Positions 53,302 through 64,000 of a stretch of 64,000 bases of DNA are shown here, piece after piece. The notes beneath the pieces are model-generated. The model was not told the DNA's origin. It did no database searches and was given only the letters and a program-made list of their open reading frames with translations. Source of the stretch: Octopus vulgaris (taxonomy: Eukaryota); NCBI GenBank assembly GCA_951406725.2, contig OX597835.1:620001-684000 (forward strand). Direction: 5' to 3'. A program made the position numbers and the translations under genes. How positions within the stretch are numbered: the stretch's first letter is position 1; each line of letters starts with the position of its first letter.

Positions 53302-55275
53302 GACCACAATAAACAATTTAATCTAGATTGGTTGATTCTCGATACCTTACGACAAAGCCAAGAATGAATTCTGTCTTCTCTCTAATACTGAACTATTTTT
53401 TATTCTTTTTTCTAAAAATCCCCTTCTAAACACGGTTATAGAGCGTGCATACCGATGTAAACATTGGCAGAAACACACCTTTAGTTCATATAAGTGATCT
53501 CTATCATTATATATAATTTAAACATTTCTTACATTTCACATTCACTAGATATATCTTTTTCCAAGACTATCAGGGTTTTATTTAATATACATATAGTCAT
53601 ATACTTCTCATTTATTTAGTTTTTCTTTCCTTTATCCCTCCTCTTTCTATAGGCTACCTCTGACATTATATCCTCTAATGTTTTTTGGAAACAAAATAGC
53701 ATTCACTTAATCCCTAAACAAATCCATCATTTTCTGTTAAACTGTCTTATTGATGAGTTTCATTTCTTCATTTCCAAGAAGAGAAGATTACATTGTTTTA
53801 CACCATTTTATTCCTTTGGAATAATACCAGTGATATCTTTGAAACGTATCGGAAGTAAAAGAATTTGAATAACACCTGAGTTAAACTCCATTTATTTATT
53901 TATAACCCATGCTAGCATGGAAAGCGGACGTTAAATGATGATATATTATACAAAATATTTCATGTAAACCCGAAGTTTCTACCTTTAAAAACAAGGTGAT
54001 ACAACCTTTTTACTTGTGTGATTTTTTGCTACCCTGGTAACTATTGATATATTTTTTGCATGTTAATCGTTAACAAGGGAAAAAAACAACATATTTACTT
54101 CATCCACCAATCTGATCGTGGCCATTGCCAGCCTCGTCTGGCACCTGTGCCGGTGGCACGTAAAAAGCACCCACTACACTGACGGAGTGGTTGGCGTTAG
54201 GAAGGGCATCCAGCTGTAGAAACACTGCCAGATCAGACTGGAGCCTGGTGCAGCCTTCTGGCTTCCCAGACCCCGGTCAAACCGTCCAACCCGTGCTAGC
54301 ATGGAAAGCGGACATTAAACGATGATGATGATGATGATGATATATATTTGTCAATCTATTTATCTATCAGTACACATATACATGGGTATATATATATATG
54401 CATCTATAATTCCACAAGTAATACCTATTTCTTTACTACCCACAAGGGGCTAAACACAGAGGGGACAAACAAGAACAGACAAATGGATTAAGTCGATTAC
54501 ATAGACCCAGTGCATAACTGGTACGGAATTTGAACTCAGAACGTAACGACAGACAAAATACCGCAAAGCACTTCGCCCGGCGTGCTAATATTTCTGCCAG
54601 CTCATCACCCTTCCAAAGGGCTTAAGAGGCAGTGTGCAATTCCCACCTTCTGCCCATAGCATTAATTACATGAGACACAATATAATGGTAGTGGAAAACA
54701 TATAATAGGAGGGAACAAATATACTCACACATCAGAGGCTGTGCTCATATCAATTTTCTGGCAGAGACCTGCAGTTATATTAAAGGCAAAATAATGAATA
54801 TGGATTGTGATCGAAGACAAACCAAATACATATTCGTTAATTTTTAAAGTAAACATTACCATAAATCCATTTCATCCAATCTAACCAATTGGTTTCACAC
54901 ACAGTTGCCAAAAACTGTGCTCATCAACGTGGTGTGAATGGAAAAAATACGGCAAAAACTCTCTGCCACGGGAGGTCAGCAAGTGTCACATTTGCTTAAT
55001 GGGTGCTGTGAAAAAACATGGAATGAAGAATCTGTGGGAGAAGATCAGAGGAAGATTCCACTTCAAGTTACCTGCTTTGCCCCTCAGTGGTAACTACCAG
55101 CAATTTTAAAACCTTATATTTTTTAAAATCCTGGTACTTATCCTATCAGTTTCTTATAGTTTTTTTATATTAAAACTGAAACCAAGAGTTTATCTTGTGA
55201 CTTAAGTGTCTCAGTACTGATAATCTGTCTGTCTGTCTGTCAGTCTGTCTATCTATCTGTCTGTCTATGTATGTA

Positions 55276-55308
<33 letters not shown>

Positions 55309-56599
55309 TTGTTGATATTTATTCACTTGAATGCAGATGTTCTGTTAGAACAAACTATACTGTAGTAGGTACCATGAGAGAAAATCTCATATTGGCCTTT
55401 GGTGCAAAATGCACTTTTGTTTAAATCACTAGCAAGGAATGAATCCCTGTCATTTCCAGTGCCCAGATCACCAGATCACGCGATTTGACCTTCCTTGGTT
55501 TTGTCAATGATGGGTGCATAACCAGTGGAGATTGCAGTAAACTCATCTCCCCACCACTGATATAAAGAACAAGTGCCAAAACAGACACTGGTATCACAAT
55601 TAGCCAGTGAGCTTGTTCAAATATATTTACTAGCAACTGAGGTTGTATTAATACCATGAGTTAATATTTATCCTGATTTAAATGAAGATGTTCTATTAAA
55701 CCTATACTCCCCATCAGAGGTAATATTTATCTGTTGATGTACAGGGGTGCTCTGCTACTGGCGTCATTTCTTTGGTTGTATGTTGTAATTCTAATACATT
55801 TCAGGCAATGGTAGTTGGGGGTATATCATTAATTTGCTTTTGGTAAATTGGTAGGTTGGTGGTAAATGTATTAGTTTCGTCATCATTTAGTGTCTATTTT
55901 CCATGCTGGCATGTGTTGAATGGCTTGCCTGGAGCAGGCAACACCAGACACCAAACCAGGCTCCACAGACTGTTTTGGCTGGATTTCTACTGCTCGGTGT
56001 CCTTCCTAATGCCAACCACTTTACAGAGTGTACTGGATGTTTTTTACATTTATTTTAGTTTGTTTGTACATGTTTTGTTTGTTTACTTAACTCTTCAGTA
56101 TTCAGATGACTCTGTCAATAGCAATGTTTCCTTATTCACATTGGTTTGAATTAATCATGCATTATCTTATAGTTTCAAGATTTTGGTCATGTGATTGTTC
56201 ATTTTTAGAACAACATTGTGGGATAGGTGTGAGAGAATGGATGTGGCTGGTTTGAGTAAAAACCAGATAGAATATTTAGGCCTGATATGGCCAGTTTCAA
56301 TGCTAAATGGTTAGGGAAATTAAATGTGCATGTATGAATGTGTGGAGTAGTTCAATAGAATATTTCAAATGTATTTATTTGAAAAAAGACACTGTATATT
56401 TACCTATGGGGTAGTGTGTGTATCTGCATTTGTATGTGTGTGTGGCATTTTGTATTTCTATAAAAAAACAATGTGTGTGTGTGAATAGATGGGTGGATGC
56501 ATGTGGTCAGTTGGTATGCTATATTTTAGATGGGTTGCATGCTTGGTCAGTGGTTTTATTTGTTTGTTTTTCTTTGTGTGTGCGTGTTAAAAACAGTCA

Positions 56600-56790
56600 A
56601 TGTTTCCTTCAGTGGTCGAAATTTCAGACATCCAAACATTGGGTTGTCTTTAAGACTCTCCCTTCCATTTCTAAATTCAGCAGCCCACTTTTACACTGTT
56701 AATAAAGTTGGAGTGCCATCCCTAAGGTAGCAATCCTATCAGCATGAATGCCATTGCGGACTAAACTCTTCCTCTACAGGAACTTCAGAA
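56600..56790 (-). mobile_element. Mariner transposase N-terminal (HTH) fragment
   Basis: IHADRIATLG...TV*KWAAEFRNGRESLKDNP, resembling mariner 'W..EF..GRESLEDDPRSGRP'. Confidence 0.7.
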
Positions 56791-57005
56791 CACGATACTA
56801 ATCTCAGCTGACTGCTTTGAATGTGTTTATTCGGAAAAGTAATTAAGAATGTGTTTTATATCTAATGAATGGTGCATTTCCTTTTGATTTTGGTCAGGTG
56901 TTTATGATATTCATAATACACAGACACACATATATCATGATGTATATACACACACATATGCACATATACACATCATATATATATATATATGTGTGTGTAT
57001 GTGTG

Positions 57006-57048
<43 letters not shown>

Positions 57049-57049
<1 letters not shown>

Positions 57050-57365
57050 CCTGTTCAGAATTATCTTTGTGAACAGCTTGTACACGTGAGCCAGCAGGCA
57101 TATGGGTCGGTACTTGTTTAGATCTTCTCTGTCGCCCTTCTTATACAGCATGATGGTATTTGACTCTTTCCCCTGCGAGGGAATTCTTCCCTCGTCTGGA
57201 TAATGCGTAAATCGCTCAGCGAGGATTTTCCAGAGCTGCTCTCTGCTTCACTTTAGCAACTCAGATGTTATACCGTCTCTCCCTGGCGCCTTTCCGTTTT
57301 TCATCAAGCCGATGGCTCTTTCAACCTCACTGACGAGGATAGGTGGAACATTTTCTTCCTGTTGG
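57049..57365 (-). mobile_element. RTE-like LINE RT fragment
   Basis: EVERAIGLMKNGKAPGRDGITSELLK...[34 protein letters not shown]. Confidence 0.85.
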
Positions 57366-60199
57366 AGTGCGAAAATCGATTAGAAAATAACGATGATTGA
57401 CGACCCCTTCTGTGTTTATGATTTAAGAGAAGAACAAAAATGGGAACTTGTCATGTCTCAGAGACATCGGTGAAGTGACAATGATCTTTAACATAATTTC
57501 TTATTGGTACAAGGTGATAACAACCTTAAAATAATTTCAAATATCGAAGTCAATTCTATCGAACCAATTCTGATCCGGTTCCGGCGAAACAGTATCGATA
57601 GGATGATGATAATAAAAATTATTTCATTTTTATTTCTCTTCATAAAAAATAATTATAATAATGAGGACGATGGTAATAATGACAATAATGTTGAGAGTCT
57701 GGCATAATTAGATTGGTTTTCAAAACTTTCTGTAAAGATGAAAACTGCATTTTTTTCTACATCAAATAAAAATATACAAAGAAGTGCTGATAACAAATTT
57801 AAATAGTAAAATAAGTTAACTTAACCTTATACACTGATCTTTGGGATCGATGTGTGAATAGGGTAAACCGAAACAATTTACAAAGGAGTGAACGGAAAAT
57901 TACCTTCTAATAGACTGAAATGGCACAGATTTATAATTTCCATTGATGACGTTATTGAAGTTGGTTGTTACGTAGAAGAGGTCCGAGTCGTTTGATCACA
58001 TTTAAACTTAATTCATCTAAAATATTAGTTACTCCTGGTCAATTAAATAATCGCGAAGCCCAATTCGCTTCAGTTCTCAGTCGAAACTAATCCATCTCAA
58101 TTTTTTTTACAGCCTTTGAATAAATCGCGAACAATCTCATAATCTTATTCTCTATCAATTTGCGGTTTCATGCTTACATAAATTTTGCAATGGTGTGCCT
58201 GAATGTGCAGTTAGCTAACTACGATGTCAGTAAAAATAGAACACCAGGTCGACATTTTATAACCATAGTTAGAGGATACAGGTCGCTAAAGCAATGTATT
58301 TCAACGCTGATCATGTTGGTCGTATTTCAAATTCTATAATTTCTTTATTAAAGATTTCAGTCGTTAGAAGCATAATGGGAAGTTTTCAACAAACCAGATC
58401 TGCGCTCCATTTTCAATCCTCGCAGAACTATTTCATTTGACCCTTGTGCCTAGAGAAGTGGCCAAATATCACAGCTGGTCATTTACTCGTTCCTTTTTCC
58501 TTTTCAGTGGTAGAAACAGAAGGAACACAAGAGAATGGCATTCCCCTTTGCAGTTAATGAGGCAGTTTATAGTCTAACTCCCACCCTCCACCATATCCCT
58601 GGCCTTGTGGATTTTAGTGGACCTCTAGTTTCAAAAAATCTTTTTCCATCCCTCTCCTTTTCGCATCATCAGTGCTATGCTAGTTACAATAGTCTATTAT
58701 AGCTCATTACAGCATGTAACAAGAACCCTAGTTAGTAACAAGTGTGTGGCATTGGATTTGATCCCACATTCTTTCACATAGGAATCTCATGCCACAATTC
58801 AATCGTAGTTTGATCATGTGTGCAACTGAGATTTTATCCAATGAATGGCTGATCTTTGGGATGTGGCCCAACTAGAACTTTCCATGAGCAGGGCCAATAA
58901 ATACAGTCAGTTTAAGTTCCAAAAGTTCAGAGTATCTTGAGTGAAGTCTGAATTACACTCTCCATGCAGCTGTTCTCGTTGCTGCGTATTCAATTGGGTA
59001 TAATCAAAGAAGACATGCTACGGTGCCTGAATGTTTACTTGATATGTAAAAACCAGCCCAAGCGTTAAATTTTGGACAGACATTTTCCTCACAAGTCATA
59101 TTACACTATTTCATCTTATTGTTTTCATTAATTGTATTGCATAACAATTTTTCTACTAATGTAACAAAATAAATTACGTTCAAACATAAAAAAAAGCCCC
59201 TTTGTTATCAATTTTTTTGTGGATATGGAAAAGAAAGAAAAAGCAAAACCGGTGCTCTGCCACTCTGATACTCAACATCAGATCAAGATCCTGGAGAAAA
59301 TAATCTATGAACGACAACAATAAAGTAAGTTCTTTTTCATTTCCTTCATGCAACCAGAAGCTAGAACAACAAAGCTTAGACCTCTTCTGGCCTAAACCAT
59401 ACTCTAATTCAATATGGTTAAAATTTATGGATGGATTTGAACAAGACAGTAAATTCATACAGAAAAAAGTAGCAATTTACATGATTCACAAGAAACAAGA
59501 CTTTAGTTAAACTTCTGTAGAATTGATGGTATGGCTCAAATATGTTATGTGACCAGAAATTATTGTTGAGAGAAAAGAAAGGAAATTGGTATCCTGACTG
59601 TATCGAGTTACAGTAAATATTTCATTCAAGTGGAATGAGTATGTAGCATTCAGTTCCACTGGCTGCATTCTACCATCTAAGGAGAGGGAGAACAAGCCTC
59701 GAGTTCTGTTTATATAGACAGTACTTTGTGGAGAGCTACTGCTCTTTCATTGACTTTAATAAACGGGTGAAAAATTGTGAACAACCAAAATTCACAAGGG
59801 TCACAAGGGTCACTGCAGTCCTTTGTTGTCTTTGTCAGATTTGGTATGAATAGTAGCATAATGGGAAGAGGGTACACTCCACTTTGGGCAATGCCTTTAT
59901 GGGGGCAGCACTTTTGGATTTGTTATATAAGCCTGTATTGGCTTGTGGGTTTGGAATGTGGAGGAACAAACTCAAGGGCTGCACAGACTCCAGCTGTGCC
60001 ACTGCTATTGAATGTAGATCTCCATTCTGACTATGGTCTGTATGTAATGATTTACAATGAATCCCTTGTTAAATCTCATTGTAACCAGGCAGCCACCATC
60101 ACTGAATCATCTTCAATGACAATGATATCACGTAAACCCAGAAGGCCTGACATTGGGGGGGGGACTAGTCAATTTCATTGACCCAGAAAGGATGACTGG

Positions 60200-61306
60200 A
60201 TGAAAGGCTTTGCCATAAATTTTCTCACAATTTCCTTTTGTAACTCAAATTGCTTCCCTTTCAGCATGGTTTTCAGTTTTGGGAAGATCCAAAAGTCACA
60301 CAGTGCCAAGTTGGGAGAATAGAGAGACTGTCCAGGAAAGCTTGAATTACAAGATGTGTTCAAAAAGTATCCAACTTGATTTTTTTTCACCAACACTCTC
60401 CACATGCACAAATCTTCTGTTAAAATGGAATGCACTGATCCTGTGCTTATTCCCACTTCATGAGTCATTTCCTGGATTCTTACACAATGATCTTTGACTC
60501 TTTACTGAACCTTCCCAACAGGTTTCTCGTTATGGTCTGTCTGAGCATGTCTCATTCATCACTAAACTGTAACCATCATCATCATCGTTTAACGTCCGTT
60601 TTCCATGCTAGCATGGGTTGGATGGTTCGACTGGGGTCTGGGAAGCCAGGAGCCTGCACCAGGCTCCAGTCTGATCTGGCAGTGTTTCTACAGCTCGATG
60701 CCCTTCTTAACACCAACCATTCGTGAGTGTAGTGGGTGCTTTTTATGTGCCACCACCACAGGTACCGGGGGGGGGGGGGAGGCTGGCAACAGCCATGATC
60801 TGTTGGTGCTTTTTACGTGCCACTGGCATGGAAGCCAGTCGAGGTGGCGCTGGCATCGACCACGTACAGATGGTGGTTTTTACATGCCACCGGCTCTGAT
60901 GTCGGGGGGCGGGGGCTGGCAACGGCCACGATTGGTTGGTACTTTTTACATGCCACTGAAGCAATTTTATCATATGTGTTTTGCCAAAGGCATCATAACC
61001 CAAGGCCTGCTGAATCTTCAGGTTGGCGTGAGCTTGAGTATTACCAGGCTTTTGGCAAAACTTGGTGCAATATCTTTGTTCAATGCATTCAGTCATCTTG
61101 CATGAAAACAAAAATGCAACGAGCACACACTATGTGTTTGTACTGTAAGCAGAACAGCCAGGAACCGTCATGACCTACAAGCATAAAAACTTTTAGGCAT
61201 GCACAGGAAGGGTGGCATGACCTCCTGATGAAAGGGGTTTTACCCACATGACATTAATTGTTTGGGGGAAAAAATAAAGTTGGATACTTTTTGAACACAC
61301 CCAGTA
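60200..61306 (-). mobile_element. Mariner remnants: TIR-bounded deleted element (60348-61306) with a retroposon insertion, plus an adjacent C-terminal fragment
   Basis: TIRs TA-caagatgtgttcaaaaagtatccaactt and aagttggatactttttgaacacacccag-TA. Peptides IEQRYCTKFCQK, VGISTGSVHSILTEDL and YSPNLALCDFWIFPKLK. Confidence 0.8.
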
Positions 61307-62730
61307 TATTGTAATGACTAAAATAATAATCATATTAAATAAACGGCCATCTTAACAAGCAATGAATAATGTTCTTCACTCATTCATTGACGCGATGCAG
61401 ATTAACATAATTGTTACAAACTGATGACCAACTGACTTATTTTTGTTATGTTTTGTTTAAGAACCACCTTCTTAAAATTTCTGGCCTTTTACATAAGTTA
61501 GAAACATTGTTTTCTTTTTTGGTTTGGTTTTGAAGAAGGAGCTGTATCAATGGTCTTCGCAGACCCCCGGACTATCAATCTGATTAACATTCCTCTTGGA
61601 CAAGTTGGAGGGGGGGGGCCCCAAAAAAACATCGTGCATGTAAGAAATTTGAGAGGACTAAAGTTCTGGGTTGGAAGAACATGGTGTAGTTATTTAATAC
61701 TGAGTGTACAAAGCTGTACATTGGTGATGTGAAGAGAAATAAGTGAGCAATGGGTACTTAAACGGAGGTTGCATGAGATGAGCCAACTTTGAGGAGCAGA
61801 TGTCACTATAGAAGCGACAAAAAAAAACCCCAAAAAAAAGACGGCAAGGAGGCAGCATGTCTGTTTTTGTTGGCTAAAATTAAGCATCGTTCAAAATCTT
61901 GATTTGATGCACGTATGGTCTTGAATTATTAAAACTGACTTGAGCATTACGTTATATTAACACTTCCCTATTTAAGGAAGGAGTTTTGAAATAGCTATCA
62001 CTACCTCATAGGGAAGAGAAAGGAGTTTTTTTGAAAATCTCTATTTTTTCACGTCTCCTGCCCACCACCTTTTCCCCAATTCTGTTTCCTATCCATGCAA
62101 CGTGAGAATGGTGAGAATATTTTAAAACTGCCAAATCGAGTTCATAACATGGACTCGATTTTTGGTTACAATCTAAATGCCTTTGGACATAATTCTATGT
62201 CCTCTAAAATTCTTAAGTTTTATCTTCCCAAGGCATTTGGCAGATTCGTGATAGAGAGTGAAAATGCTTCTTAAAATATAATCCTGTGGCAATTAAAACG
62301 CTAAAAAATACAACATCCAGAATCAACATTGTTAAAATCTCAGATTTATTGTAATTTTATTCGCAGTTAGGATGTTTGATGAGAATATAAATTCATCTCA
62401 ATACACAACTGCTATTTTTATCGTTCCGGAAATATGACAGGACCTATTTTTGTAAGCGTTTCAGAGTGTTTATATAAATTTAATTTTATTCATTTTAATA
62501 TAAGTTAAAGATATAATAAATCAATAGAATCATATGTTAATTTTTGTTTCTTCAATCTAAACTAGTTCTGTCTTCCTGAAAACGTCTACAAAAGAACAAA
62601 CAAGCAAGAACATTCAATTTTCGTTTTCCGTCTTGAAAGGGTTTCGGCATTTATGTGTATCATTCGAGAAAGTTCCTCTTTCCAACTCCTGACAGGAGAG
62701 CGAGAAGGAAGCAGCATTCGCCTCGGAACG

Positions 62731-62808
62731 ATGGAACTGAAGGACCCGGAGAGATTCGATGGAATATTGCTGGGGATGGCCCAGCAGTGTGAACAAGGCG
62801 TGCCCGAG
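62731..62808 (+). CDS. NUDC: Nuclear migration protein NudC, first coding exon (gene continues beyond the window)
   Basis: MELKDPERFDGILLGMAQQCEQGVPE followed by gtaaaa, resembling NUDC 'ERFDGMLLAMAQQHEGGVQE'. CpG-enriched surroundings. Confidence 0.88.
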
Positions 62809-64000
62809 GTAAAACAAACTCTTACTAGCTTTTTACCGGCTAAATTTTAATGAAGACCCGTTCCTCGAGATTTCTCAATTGAGGCCACGAAACCGTTTCT
62901 TAAAAGAAAGAAAGAAGTTCCTTTCTCGATTTCTTTTCTTTTGTCGAATCTTAAAAATTTCTCATTGAAATTCACTTGAAATGCGTAAATAAGTTATAAT
63001 GTTACCGTTAAAATGTTGGAAATTGAAACCTGAAAATAATAAAGTCAATGAGTTGAAGAAGGAGTCGAGTCGTATTTTTTCCGATCAAATCAATTTTATT
63101 CTCTCACATTTATAAAATGAAACAAGATCGATTCAACTATACATACATATATAAAATACATTATATATATACATATAAAATACATTGTGTATATAAATGT
63201 TCTCCGCTCTCCACGACATGTTCAAACTTGTTGATGGCTGAATTTTATTTGTAGTCATAAAACAACGGGCGACTGTTTACAATATTACCTGGAAACGAAA
63301 AGAAAAAAGATAATTGTCTTTTTGTTGAATCCCTATCAACCCATCTTAAAAATAGGAAAGTATTTTAGTTCGCTTGAAGAATTGTGCATTGTTTGTAGAG
63401 ACTAAAAACTTTTCAATGGTTCAACAATGCTCTGTAATAGAAACACTTGTTTGTGTTATAATGCATCGTTGTACCATTCAAAACTTTTTAGTCTTTACTA
63501 TCTTAACATTTTTTTTTTCACATCTAGGACTACAATTCAATGTTTCCTTCTTATTTTCTTCGGCCGAATTCCTTAGACTTTACTCGGTTGCAGCATTCAA
63601 CCTACATATCCGGTTTAAGGACAGCTTCCTTTCTCTCTTCCTGCTATAAACGTCGGAAGTCCTGAAAAAAAAAAACACGTGTCAGGGGCGCTCTGTATTC
63701 CCTTTAATTAAACAGGGTGAGGAAGAAGGATAAAAATATGAATACATTGAGTTGTGATTTGAGGTCGAGTTACAGAGACCACGTAGTGGGCGCCCTCGTA
63801 GTAGATTACAGAAGGACGAGAGACTAGGGCAGAATTATAATTCGTGTTGTATGAAATACAGGAATATTAAATAAGGAAGAAACCAAAACAACTTATTCTT
63901 TGCTGTTTCCTCTCCCCTCTGTTAGTAGTAGCTATTCCAAAACTCCACTGAATTTGTAACCTCATGTTTGAATCTGGTGTTTGGTTAGGGTTCCTGGAGC

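Overview
Eukaryotic, AT-rich, repeat-dense genomic DNA with spliced genes. The repeat families and the mollusc-type 5S-derived copy suggest a cephalopod, probably an octopus (inference). Genes from left to right: (1) the last three coding exons of TMEM39 (+, 313-2786). (2) A complete aquaglyceroporin gene (+, 16664/24909-38082, about 305 aa) with two duplicated alternative first coding exons. (3) An uncharacterised minus-strand gene (core 47472-50644, possibly starting at 57943) that is frameshifted as assembled. (4) The first exon of NUDC (+, 62731). The rest is mostly tRNA-derived SINEs, LINE remnants (L1/Tx1, R4/Dong, RTE, CR1/L2-like), Penelope fragments with hammerhead motifs, mariner and MITE remnants, tandem arrays and microsatellites. 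The most unusual structure lies between the two aquaglyceroporin first exons. Three nested, diverged inverted-repeat pairs there could fold into a three-way junction of about 5.8 kb, with a CA-rich tract and a 4.4 kb 29/32-bp satellite as its two loops. All calls were made by eye; no searches or folding computations were run.
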